A program made the translations under genes and the position numbers. Under the pieces are notes generated by a model, which was not told where the DNA came from, did not search any database, and worked only from the letters and a program-made list of their open reading frames with translations. From positions 36,465 through 100,464 of the forward strand of contig CACEJE010000001.1 of the NCBI GenBank assembly GCA_902559815.1: 64,000 nt of DNA, in the 5' to 3' direction. This DNA comes from an uncultured Thiothrix sp. GTDB taxonomy: Bacteria > Pseudomonadota > Gammaproteobacteria > Poriferisulfidales > GCA-002705445. Shown here in pieces: positions 21,147-29,436 of this stretch; position 1 is the first letter of the stretch; every line of letters starts with the position of its first letter.

Positions 21147-21905
21147 TTATTTTTTATTTTTTTGACTTTGTTTGAACTTTAAATCTACGTATTTCATTAT
21201 TGTGGTTTCATATCTCAAAAAAGCTAGAGTAATACCAGTTAATCCGTCAAGAAATCCTAGTTTAATAAAATACATCTTGAAAAATGCCCACTGTCCTCTG
21301 AAAAAGCCTTTAAAAAAACCACCTTTTTTTTTCTTTAGATTTTGGTTACTCCAAGAATCAATATAAAAGCTCATTTTTTTATAATAATCACCTAAATCTT
21401 TGTATGTATCATGGTGTAAAGTGCCTTTAATTTTTTTTGGTTTATACTTATCTGGGATTATAAGTTTTTCGTGAACAAGCGCATTATCATACTGAGTAAG
21501 GTTTCTTGGGTATAATCTACTAATCCAATCAGGATACCAACCTGAGTGTCTTACTTCACGCCCAAATGCCTTGCTCAGTCTATTAACTTGATATATTTGA
21601 GGAGATGAATTAATCGCAGTTTGAATAGAATTTTTGAGTTCTTCATCAATATACTCGTCTGCGTCTAGCATAAATATCCAGTCGCTTGATGCTAATTTTT
21701 GTGCACCTTGTCGCTGTTTACCAAAACCAGGCCAAGATTTAGAATAATGAATATTTTTTGTATAATTTTTTGCAATTTTTATTGTATTATCCGTGCTACC
21801 AGAATCTAGTATTATAATTTCGTTTGCCCAAGAACAACTTTTTAAAGCTCTTTCAATAAAATTTTCGGCATTCTTTACTATTATTATTATGCTTATAGTG
21901 CTCAT
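21147..21905 (-). CDS. family 2 glycosyltransferase (LPS core type)
   Basis: 252 aa. SIIIIVKNAE, ILDSGSTDNT and MLDADE (DxD). Confidence 0.75.
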   Translation of the reverse strand: MSTISIIIIVKNAENFIERALKSCSWANEIIILDSGSTDNTIKIAKNYTKNIHYSKSWPGFGKQRQGAQKLASSDWIFMLDADEYIDEELKNSIQTAINSSPQIYQVNRLSKAFGREVRHSGWYPDWISRLYPRNLTQYDNALVHEKLIIPDKYKPKKIKGTLHHDTYKDLGDYYKKMSFYIDSWSNQNLKKKKGGFFKGFFRGQWAFFKMYFIKLGFLDGLTGITLAFLRYETTIMKYVDLKFKQSQKNKK

Positions 21906-21961
21906 AGTATTAAAAATTATAACACTATTTATAAATATTCATTAATAAGCGATTGGATATA

Positions 21962-22038
21962 TGGTGGCCCCGGTAGGACTCGAACCTACGACAAATGGAT
22001 TATGAGTCCACTGCTCTAACCAACTGAGCTACAGGGCC
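21962..22038 (-). tRNA. tRNA with CAT anticodon, most likely tRNA-Ile2 (lysidine-modified)
   Basis: The minus strand reads GGCCCTGTAGCTCAGTTGGTTAGAGCAGTGGACTCATAATCCATTTGTCGTAGGTTCGAGTCCTACCGGGGCCACCA. It folds into a full cloverleaf by hand with an encoded CCA. The acceptor stem GGCCC.../...GGGCC carries C4-G69 and C5-G68 like E. coli ileX rather than elongator tRNA-Met. Confidence 0.85.
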
Positions 22039-22121
22039 TTTTTAGAACAAGTTTAAGTTACACGATAAATTATTATACCACAATTACTTTAGGAAATTAT
22101 TTGAAATAAATTTTGAAAAAA

Positions 22122-22153
22122 AACCCATTATTCTTTTTTTTGAATAATGGGTT
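22122..22153 (-). terminator. intrinsic terminator downstream of the His-rich OMP gene
   Basis: Perfect 12-bp stem AACCCATTATTC/GAATAATGGGTT with an 8-nt loop. On the minus strand it is followed by a run of eight T. Confidence 0.6.
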
Positions 22154-22182
22154 ATTAGGAGTTGAAAATACTTTATATATTT

Positions 22183-23328
22183 TTATAGTTCATAACTATA
22201 TCTTAAACCTAAGCCAAATCTTTCCGTCACTTCAAGCTCTTCATCAGTTCTTTTGAATCCAAAGCTAAGTGAAAGTTTTTCTGATAATGAATACCCAATA
22301 GAAATTTGTAACAATTTACCATCAGCTCCTTCAGCTTCCTCGTCAGCTACGTTATCTACAAAAGTATATGTAGTGCTGAAATTCCAAGGGAAAAGATTTA
22401 AGCCTAGAGAACTTGTAAAATAAGATCTGTCATGACCTGCTTCACCGTTATAATGATTGATATCCATATATTCAAAAATTATGGTTTTACTAATTTGTGA
22501 ATCAAAATTTTCTTTGTATCCAAGAGAGATTGAATATCTGGTTTCATCATTATCATTATTTATACCTTTTTTTTGTAAAGCGTATCCTAGTCTGTAAAAA
22601 ATTCTCTCTGCAAAATTATTTTCTAGAGAATAAAAATCTTTCCCTCCAATTGAAATAGCATAGGAATCAAAATCTTCTGTATTCGCTAATCCCCCATCTT
22701 TTTTACTTGTATGTCCTCTTTGATCAACTATAGCATCACTTAAAAATGTTGTATCCGCAAAAAAAGTGCTTATATTAAATTTGTGAGTACCAAAATCTTT
22801 AAAATTTGCTGAATATTTTAGACCGACACCAATACGTTCAGCTATTTTATATTCTTCAATCATTGAGTAAGAATATAAGCCAGGAAAACTATGATAATCT
22901 AGACCGACTTTCGGATTAAACTTGCCGGCATAAGCAGAAAAATCTTTATGACTATATTTCACTGTCAATGATTCTACAATAACTGGATGATCTTCAAAAA
23001 ATCTACTGTCACCATCATGAGATCTTGTTACGCCGCCGTGAGCATGGCCAGCTGGTTCTCCTTCGACTTTAATATTTGCATCAATGTTAAGATTTTCATA
23101 TATTCTTGAGCCAAGCTCAATATGTGAATGCGTATAAATTTCATTTACCTCTTCATCACCTTCTTCTGCATCACTAATATGATCTGCGTGAAGACGTATA
23201 CCAATATGTCCATAAAATGATTTGTCTGAATGAGCAGAGTGATCATGGTCATGTTCTTCTTCTGCAATTGAATATTTATTTATAAAAAATGAAGCAAGTA
23301 TTATATAAAATAAAAGTTTATATTTCAT
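22183..23328 (-). CDS. histidine-rich porin-like outer membrane beta-barrel protein (Zur-box associated)
   Basis: 381 aa with a signal peptide, then EEEHDHDHSAHSD and further H-rich stretches (PAGHAHGG). Alternating amphipathic strands run to the C-terminus. A Zur-box palindrome lies 30 bp upstream. Confidence 0.6.
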   Translation of the reverse strand: MKYKLLFYIILASFFINKYSIAEEEHDHDHSAHSDKSFYGHIGIRLHADHISDAEEGDEEVNEIYTHSHIELGSRIYENLNIDANIKVEGEPAGHAHGGVTRSHDGDSRFFEDHPVIVESLTVKYSHKDFSAYAGKFNPKVGLDYHSFPGLYSYSMIEEYKIAERIGVGLKYSANFKDFGTHKFNISTFFADTTFLSDAIVDQRGHTSKKDGGLANTEDFDSYAISIGGKDFYSLENNFAERIFYRLGYALQKKGINNDNDETRYSISLGYKENFDSQISKTIIFEYMDINHYNGEAGHDRSYFTSSLGLNLFPWNFSTTYTFVDNVADEEAEGADGKLLQISIGYSLSEKLSLSFGFKRTDEELEVTERFGLGLRYSYEL

Positions 23329-23357
23329 TTAAATCTCCATAACGTGAAAAGTATGTT

Positions 23358-23374
23358 ATGTTATATTATAACAT
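23358..23374. promoter_or_regulatory. Zur box (perfect palindrome ATGTTATATTATAACAT)
   Basis: 17-bp perfect inverted repeat matching the gammaproteobacterial Zur operator core (GAAATGTTATAATATAACATTTC). It lies between the znuB stop and the OMP start. Confidence 0.7.
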
Positions 23375-23399
23375 TTAGTAATGTCAATATATTATTTTT

Positions 23400-24197
23400 T
23401 TATCTTATTTTTTTAATTAAAAATGAAGCTGATGATATTGCAATGAAAATTATAACCGCTGAAACTACAATTGACGGTCCAGAAGGTGTATCAAAATATA
23501 AAGAACTATAAATACCAAGTATAACAGCAATTATACCAAGGAATGATGCTAAAACTGCCATTGTTTCAGGAGAATGGGATAATTGCCTTGCAGTTGCTGC
23601 TGGAATAATTAGTAAAGAAGTTATCAATAATAAACCAACAATTCTGAACGAAACAGCAACAACAATTGTCATTAAAAACATAATCAAAAGTTGATTAATT
23701 AAAATATTTAAACCCTCAGCTTTTGCGAGTTTTTCATTAATTGTAGTTAATACAAAAGATGACCAGTTATGATAAAGAAAAACTAATACAATAAGGCTAC
23801 CAGAAATTATCAGATAAATTTCTGAAGTTGTGACAGCTAAAATGTCTCCAAATAAATAAGAGTGAAGATCTACACTTTTTTCCAAAAGACTAAGAGTAAC
23901 CATTCCAATAGATAATGCCGAATGAGCAAGAATTCCCAAAAGTGTATCTGTTGCTAATATTTGTTTTTGTTGTAACCAAATTAATAAAATTGTAAATAAA
24001 GTACATATAATTATTGTGCCTAAATTGGTGCTTATTCCCAATACAAGTCCTAGAGCAACACCAAGCAAAGCACTATGTGCTAAAGAGTCTCCAAAATATG
24101 CCATTTTTCTCCAAACAACAAAACAACCTATAGCTCCAGCAATAATAGCTACACCAATTCCCGCAATTGTTGCTCTAATTAAAAAAGGTTCAATCAT
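23400..24197 (-). CDS. znuB: zinc ABC transporter permease
   Basis: 265 aa with about 8 TM segments, of the ABC-3 family type. Overlaps the znuC stop. Confidence 0.85.
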   Translation of the reverse strand: MIEPFLIRATIAGIGVAIIAGAIGCFVVWRKMAYFGDSLAHSALLGVALGLVLGISTNLGTIIICTLFTILLIWLQQKQILATDTLLGILAHSALSIGMVTLSLLEKSVDLHSYLFGDILAVTTSEIYLIISGSLIVLVFLYHNWSSFVLTTINEKLAKAEGLNILINQLLIMFLMTIVVAVSFRIVGLLLITSLLIIPAATARQLSHSPETMAVLASFLGIIAVILGIYSSLYFDTPSGPSIVVSAVIIFIAISSASFLIKKIR

Positions 24198-24918
24198 TTA
24201 AATTCTCAGAATGCACGTGATCGTGTGTGTGTTGATAGACAGACATCATTTTCGCCATATCATTTCCAAATAAATTAACAAACTCAGGATCTTTTGCGAC
24301 AGTTTGCGGTTCTCCCGAACAGCATACATGGTGATATAAGCATATAACTTGCTTTGTAGAAGCCATAACCATATGCAGATCATGTGATACCATTAAAATA
24401 CTGATAGCTCGACTTTTATAAACATTATTTAAAAGATTATAAAAGTTTAATTGGTTTTTGATGTCAAGGTTTTGGGCCGGCTCATCTAAAATTAAAAGTT
24501 CTGGGTCACTTAGTAAGCTTCTTGCTAATAAAACTTTTTGTAATTCTCCCCCAGAAAGATCTGCCAAATTTTTTTCAAGAATTGTTGAAATTTTAGTTTC
24601 TCCTGAAACTTTTTTTAAGTTATTTATATTAAAATTCTTTTTAAGCATTAAAAATCTCTTAACTGTGATGGGCATAGAATTATCAGGATTAAAATTTTGG
24701 GGAATATATCCTATTGAAAGATTATTTTTTTTATTTATTATTCCACTGTCTGGGCTAAAAGTACCCATTAGACATTCTAATAACATAGATTTCCCAGCCC
24801 CATTTGGGCCAATTATGGTTATGAAATCTTTTTTGTTTATTTGGATGAAAACATTTTCCAGAATGTTTTTACCTTGTCTTTTGACATAAATATCTTTAGC
24901 TTCAATTAATAAGGACAT
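24190..24918 (-). CDS. znuC: zinc ABC transporter ATP-binding protein
   Basis: 242 aa. Walker A GPNGAGKS, signature LSGGELQ, Walker B LLILDEP. His-rich C-terminal tail HTHDHVH. Confidence 0.88.
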   Translation of the reverse strand: MSLLIEAKDIYVKRQGKNILENVFIQINKKDFITIIGPNGAGKSMLLECLMGTFSPDSGIINKKNNLSIGYIPQNFNPDNSMPITVKRFLMLKKNFNINNLKKVSGETKISTILEKNLADLSGGELQKVLLARSLLSDPELLILDEPAQNLDIKNQLNFYNLLNNVYKSRAISILMVSHDLHMVMASTKQVICLYHHVCCSGEPQTVAKDPEFVNLFGNDMAKMMSVYQHTHDHVHSENLND

Positions 24919-25377
24919 TTAATTAAGACATTGTTGACAGGTACCAGCAATTTCCAATACTGCTTGATCCGGCACGAAGTTATTTTTACTTGTTGTATTC
25001 TTAATTACATTATTTATTTTTTTTGAACAACATTCTTCAATTTTTTGACAGTTATTGCATATTAAGAAATAGCATTCTTTGTGATCTTGTGGATGGGAGC
25101 ATCCAATAAATGCGTTTAAGCTTTGAAGTTTATGTATAAATCCATGTTCCAATAAAAAATCTAATGTTCTGTATATTGTGGGTGGTTTAGCAGACGGATC
25201 TATTTTTTTAAGTTCATCAAGAAGATCATATGCTTTTACATAACCCCCTTCTTTTAAAATTAATGATAATACATCTTGTCTTAGTTTAGTTAACCTTAAA
25301 CCATTTCTTTTGCATATAATATCTGCTTGCTTTAAAGCTTTGTTAATATCAGTTTTTCTTATCGTGTATTTAGTCAT
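24919..25377 (-). CDS. zur: zinc uptake regulator (Fur family)
   Basis: 152 aa winged-helix protein with HxxCxxC...CxxC metal sites (CNNC, CQQC). It is the first gene of zur-znuC-znuB, divergent from znuA. Confidence 0.8.
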   Translation of the reverse strand: MTKYTIRKTDINKALKQADIICKRNGLRLTKLRQDVLSLILKEGGYVKAYDLLDELKKIDPSAKPPTIYRTLDFLLEHGFIHKLQSLNAFIGCSHPQDHKECYFLICNNCQKIEECCSKKINNVIKNTTSKNNFVPDQAVLEIAGTCQQCLN

Positions 25378-25409
25378 ATCTAAAAATATAAAATGTGTTG
25401 TAATTAGTT

Positions 25410-25426
25410 ATGTTATAATATAACAT
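25410..25426. promoter_or_regulatory. Zur box (perfect palindrome ATGTTATAATATAACAT) in the zur-znuCB / znuA divergent promoter
   Basis: 17-bp perfect inverted repeat, identical to the Zur consensus core, centred in the 99-bp divergent intergenic region. Confidence 0.78.
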
Positions 25427-25476
25427 TTATTTAAAAAATTTAGCAATTTTTTAATTATCAATTTAGGATATCATTT

Positions 25477-26388
25477 ATGTATAAAAAAGTATTTATAATT
25501 ATTCTCACCTTTTTTAGTTGTTGCAATGCTTTTGCTAGCAAACCACTTATTGTTGCTAGCATAAATCCACTCCATTCAATAGTAACCTCTATAGTTGGAA
25601 ATACAGGGAATGTCTCTTTATTAATTGAAAGCAATACTTCGCCACACAATTTTGCTTTGAAGCCATCCCATGCAAAATTATTGAATAACGCAGAAATATT
25701 TTTTTATATTGATGATCAGCTTGAATCAGCACTAAAAAAAACTATTAAAAGTCTTCCTAAAACTGTAAAAGTCAAAAAAGTTTCGCAATTTAAAAATTTA
25801 AAGCTCTTGCCTGTTAGAGAAAATCTGAATTGGGAAGAAGATGGACATGGCCACAATCACGATCATGATCACGGTTCATATGATATACATTTTTGGCTTG
25901 ATACTCAAAATGCAATTGAGATAGCAAAAGGTGTTACTCAAGAACTTAGCAAATTATACCCAGAAAATATTAATACTTATAAAAAAAATGCAAAAAAACT
26001 TATTACTAAGATTAAGACAAAAGATAATTCTATAAAATTAAAATTAAAAGAAGTTAAGAATAAGCCATATATAGTTTTTCATGATGCGTACCAATATTTT
26101 GAGAAAGCTTATAATTTAAATGCAATAGGGTCCATATTACTTAACCCTGAACAACCACCATCACCTAAGCGAATAATTAAAATAAGGTCTAAAATTAAAA
26201 CGTTAAATGCATATTGTGTTTTTAAAGAGCCGCAGTTTAAAGCGCAAATTGTTAATACTGTGATTGAAAATACAAATGCAAAAGTTGGCACATTAGATCC
26301 ATTAGGTTCAAATATAGTTTCCGGTCAAGATATGTACATCAATTTATTAGATGATCTTGCTACTAATCTTAAAAACTGTCTAAAATAA
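25477..26388 (+). CDS. znuA: zinc ABC transporter periplasmic binding protein
   Basis: 303 aa with a signal peptide. Cluster A-I binding-protein fold with the ZnuA-specific His/acid loop EEDGHGHNHDHDHGS. Confidence 0.88.
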   Translation: MYKKVFIIILTFFSCCNAFASKPLIVASINPLHSIVTSIVGNTGNVSLLIESNTSPHNFALKPSHAKLLNNAEIFFYIDDQLESALKKTIKSLPKTVKVKKVSQFKNLKLLPVRENLNWEEDGHGHNHDHDHGSYDIHFWLDTQNAIEIAKGVTQELSKLYPENINTYKKNAKKLITKIKTKDNSIKLKLKEVKNKPYIVFHDAYQYFEKAYNLNAIGSILLNPEQPPSPKRIIKIRSKIKTLNAYCVFKEPQFKAQIVNTVIENTNAKVGTLDPLGSNIVSGQDMYINLLDDLATNLKNCLK

Positions 26389-26450
26389 AGAAATTATAAT
26401 AAATTTTTTCAACTTTAAGTAATTGATTCTAAGCATATTAATATTATATA

Positions 26451-26499
26451 TGAGAATAATTCTCATTTGCTATTGCAAATGATATTAATAATCATTATC
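26451..26499 (+). promoter_or_regulatory. tandem Fur boxes upstream of the porin-like gene
   Basis: 26451-26465 is TGAGAATAATTCTCA, a perfect palindrome matching 13/15 of the 7-1-7 motif TGATAATNATTATCA. 26481-26499 is GATATTAATAATCATTATC, matching 17/19 of the GATAATGATAATCATTATC consensus. Confidence 0.68.
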
Positions 26500-26535
26500 A
26501 TTAAGTTCAGATTAATAATTTTAAAGGATGTAATA

Positions 26536-27747
26536 ATGAAAAAAGTAGGACTAATATTTGTATTAATGTTTACGTCTGCTTTAAATGCAGAAACACTAGA
26601 GCACGTGGAAGAAGAAGTGCATATTGCATTAGAAACAATCGGCCAACTAAAAGCTGAAATTAATGAGTTGAAAGAAATTGTTAAAATGCAAGGTGAAATT
26701 CAAGAATCTACGACATCAAGAATTGCTAAAACAGCAAAAAAGTTTGAAAAACTTCATCTTGGTGGATATGGCGAATTACATTATAACGATACGGAAACAG
26801 ATGGAGGAACCAAATCAAAGAGTATGGACGCTCATAGATTTGTTTTATTCTTTGGTTATGATTTTAATGAGAAAGTTAGATTCAGATCGGAATTTGAGTT
26901 GGAACACGCTTTAGTAAAAGACACAGCGGATGGTTCAAATGGCGGTGAAGTAGAACTAGAGCAAATGTATATAGAAATGGATTTGTCAGACGCAACGTCT
27001 TTAAGAGCTGGTGTAATTTTGATTCCGATGGGTATTCTAAACGAACATCATGAGCCACCAACATTTTATGGTGTGGAAAGAAACGACGTTGAAAAATATC
27101 TAATTCCTACAACTTGGTGGGCAGGTGGTGTTGAAGTAGTTCATAAAACGAAAAATGGTTTTATGTTCGAAGCTATGCTTCACGAGGGAATGAAAGGAAG
27201 TGCAACAACAGGATATATAAGAGGTGGTCGCCAAAAATCTGCAAGCGCTACTGCAAATGATTTAGCATATACCGCAAGAATTACATACACCGGTATTCCA
27301 GGCTTGAAAGCATCACTCTTCTATAATCATCAGGCTGACTTTACTCAGGATTCTGGGGACAACATTGATAAGCTTGATATTATGGGCGCATCAGCAATTT
27401 ATCAATTTGGATCAGGCTTTGAGGTAAGAGGCTTACACGTTCAAGCTGAATTTGATGGAAAGGATGAGTCGGGTACATTTTTCACAAATGGTTTTGACGA
27501 ACAACAAGGAACGTTTTTAGAGGTTTCAAAAAGATTTGGAAATGTAGGTTTCTTTGCTAATAATTCTGTTGTATCAGGAGAAAGTATCTCTAGACAATAC
27601 ACAGTTGTTCAATATGGATTTAGCTGGTGGCCACAAGGAACTGACGCAGTAATAAAAGCAAATTGGTATGATAAAGAATATTCAAACCCATCAAAAGATA
27701 GTAGTGATGCTGACGGTATTCATTTGGGCATGGGTTATGAATTTTAA
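26536..27747 (+). CDS. porin-like outer membrane beta-barrel protein with N-terminal coiled coil (Fur-box associated)
   Basis: The ATG at 26536 gives the signal peptide MKKVGLIFVLMFTSALNA. A short coiled coil is followed by amphipathic strands, and the protein ends GMGYEF (C-terminal Phe OMP signature). The track ORF start at 26467 would place the Fur boxes inside coding sequence. Confidence 0.62.
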   Translation: MKKVGLIFVLMFTSALNAETLEHVEEEVHIALETIGQLKAEINELKEIVKMQGEIQESTTSRIAKTAKKFEKLHLGGYGELHYNDTETDGGTKSKSMDAHRFVLFFGYDFNEKVRFRSEFELEHALVKDTADGSNGGEVELEQMYIEMDLSDATSLRAGVILIPMGILNEHHEPPTFYGVERNDVEKYLIPTTWWAGGVEVVHKTKNGFMFEAMLHEGMKGSATTGYIRGGRQKSASATANDLAYTARITYTGIPGLKASLFYNHQADFTQDSGDNIDKLDIMGASAIYQFGSGFEVRGLHVQAEFDGKDESGTFFTNGFDEQQGTFLEVSKRFGNVGFFANNSVVSGESISRQYTVVQYGFSWWPQGTDAVIKANWYDKEYSNPSKDSSDADGIHLGMGYEF

Positions 27748-27785
27748 TAATAATTAAAATTTATGTTACACATTAGGGCGTGTTT

Positions 27786-27871
27786 GGCTAGTTAACAAAA
27801 ATGGTATAAACTTCTTCTCCTCGTTAATACCATAAAAATTTAAACTTCGATGTTAGCTAGCCAGCTTTTTT
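27786..27871 (+). terminator. long compound hairpin plus T-run after the porin gene
   Basis: The outer stem GGCTAGTTAAC/GTTAGCTAGCC (10/11) encloses the inner stem ATGGTAT/ATACCAT. It is followed by AGCTTTTTT. Confidence 0.45.
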
Positions 27872-27880
27872 AAAAAAATT

Positions 27881-28390
27881 ATGAAAATATTTAAAGCAAT
27901 ACTAATTATCTTTTTAACAAATACTTTATTACAAGCAGAAGACGTAATAATGGATAAAAATACTTTTATAAAAAAAGCTTTAAATGTAAATGAAGTACCA
28001 ATGCATTCTTATATAATATTGAAAGAAGAGATAGAAGAAGGAGTCACAAATATCCTTGAAGACACCTATCATTTACCAGTTATAAAATATTGGAAATCTG
28101 GAAATAAAGTTGCTTTTATACTAGAAGCAATCGGTAAACACGAATTTATAACAACAGGTTATGTTGTAGAAAATCAAAAAATTTTGGATACTAAAGTTTT
28201 AGTTTATAGAGAAAATTATGGATATGAAATAAAGTATGATTATTTTCTTAATCAAATTAGAGGTAACACATTAAAAGGTAATGGTAAGCTAACTAACAGA
28301 ATTGCAAATATATCCGGTGCAACTATGTCAGTAAATTCGATGAGAAAACTATCAAAGTTATCACTATTTTTATATTCAAAACTAAATTAA
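27881..28390 (+). CDS. secreted FMN-binding domain protein (predicted ApbE substrate)
   Basis: 169 aa with a signal peptide. C-terminal flavinylation-type motif NISGATMS ([S/T]GA[T/S] as in NqrC/RnfG). Confidence 0.62.
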   Translation: MKIFKAILIIFLTNTLLQAEDVIMDKNTFIKKALNVNEVPMHSYIILKEEIEEGVTNILEDTYHLPVIKYWKSGNKVAFILEAIGKHEFITTGYVVENQKILDTKVLVYRENYGYEIKYDYFLNQIRGNTLKGNGKLTNRIANISGATMSVNSMRKLSKLSLFLYSKLN

Positions 28391-29367
28391 TTTTCTATAT
28401 ATTTTAAAAATTTTTTTGAATAATATTTTTTAGTATGACTATCATTTGATATTATAAGCATTGAAGCAATATTGTTTTTATTTGAAAAATTTATAATATC
28501 TTTTACATCCATTGCTATTAATCCTGTAGCTATTGCATCAGCAATAGCGCATTCGTTGTGTACAACTGAAACTAATAAATATTTTTGTTCTTTATTCGAT
28601 AAATCTTTAGGATTTATAATATGACTAATATTATTATTTTTATATTTAATAGTATTATTATATGTGCCAGATGATGCAATGGAATATGTATTTGGTAAAT
28701 TTACATTTTCTATAAATTTATTCACCCGTGATGGATCGTCGATTGCAATAGTTGTAATTTCATTTGAGGTTTTTATTCGTATTTCACCTCCAATATTTAT
28801 CGTAAAGTCGCTTATATTTTTATCATCTAAAAAATTATATATAAGATCAACAGCATAGCCTTTAGCAATACCAGATAAATCAATAATAATATTTTTATTA
28901 TTTCTTTTTATCGTATTTTTTTCATTTAATAAGACAATATTTTTATAATTAAAATTATTTTTCCTGTTATTTGGAACTTTTACGGGGCTTTGGTAAAAAC
29001 CTTTTCTTATTTTTATATCTCCAATTGTTATATCAAAAAAGCCATCTGTCCTTTCGCTAGCATACATAGCTTTTTTTATAATCAAGAATAAGTGTTTTGA
29101 GAACTGCTTGATTAATTTATTGCTGAAGTTAAACTCGGATATCTCGGAATTTTCTTTATAATTTGACGCTGAATTATCAATATTATCTATAATATTATTT
29201 ATTCCTAAGTGTATTTTTTTTAGATCAAGATTATCGTCATATCCTTTTAATTCGATATAGAATATTGTTCCAAATGCATTTCCTGCGATAATATGGTTGT
29301 TACCATTACACCCAGAAAATAACAAAATAATTGTAGTTATTAATATTAAATTTTTAAAGATTTTCAT
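28387..29367 (-). CDS. apbE: FAD:protein FMN transferase (ApbE) lipoprotein
   Basis: 326 aa. Lipobox LLFSGC, DLSGIAKGYAVD and a C-terminal AIADAIATG motif typical of ApbE. Confidence 0.8.
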   Translation of the reverse strand: MKIFKNLILITTIILLFSGCNGNNHIIAGNAFGTIFYIELKGYDDNLDLKKIHLGINNIIDNIDNSASNYKENSEISEFNFSNKLIKQFSKHLFLIIKKAMYASERTDGFFDITIGDIKIRKGFYQSPVKVPNNRKNNFNYKNIVLLNEKNTIKRNNKNIIIDLSGIAKGYAVDLIYNFLDDKNISDFTINIGGEIRIKTSNEITTIAIDDPSRVNKFIENVNLPNTYSIASSGTYNNTIKYKNNNISHIINPKDLSNKEQKYLLVSVVHNECAIADAIATGLIAMDVKDIINFSNKNNIASMLIISNDSHTKKYYSKKFLKYIEN

Positions 29368-29436
29368 AGTAATTTTTTAATTATAGCAAATAGACTACAA
29401 AGTATCTTTTTTTTGTAATACAAATTATAATTACAT

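Noticed and set aside
25845-25880. Short CAT/GAT/CAC tandem-like repeat.
   Set aside because: It encodes the ZnuA His/Asp metal-binding loop (GHGHNHDHDHG), so it is a functional coding repeat.
26467-26535. N-terminal extension of the porin ORF (MLLQMILIIIIIKFRLIILKDVI).
   Set aside because: The extension would read through both Fur boxes. The ATG at 26536 gives a canonical signal peptide.
29368-29436. Possible third Fur-like site, GTAATACAAATTATAATTAC, in the apbE/PepSY divergent region.
   Set aside because: It has only a loose AT-rich resemblance to the Fur hexamer array. That is indistinguishable from background in a genome this AT-rich.
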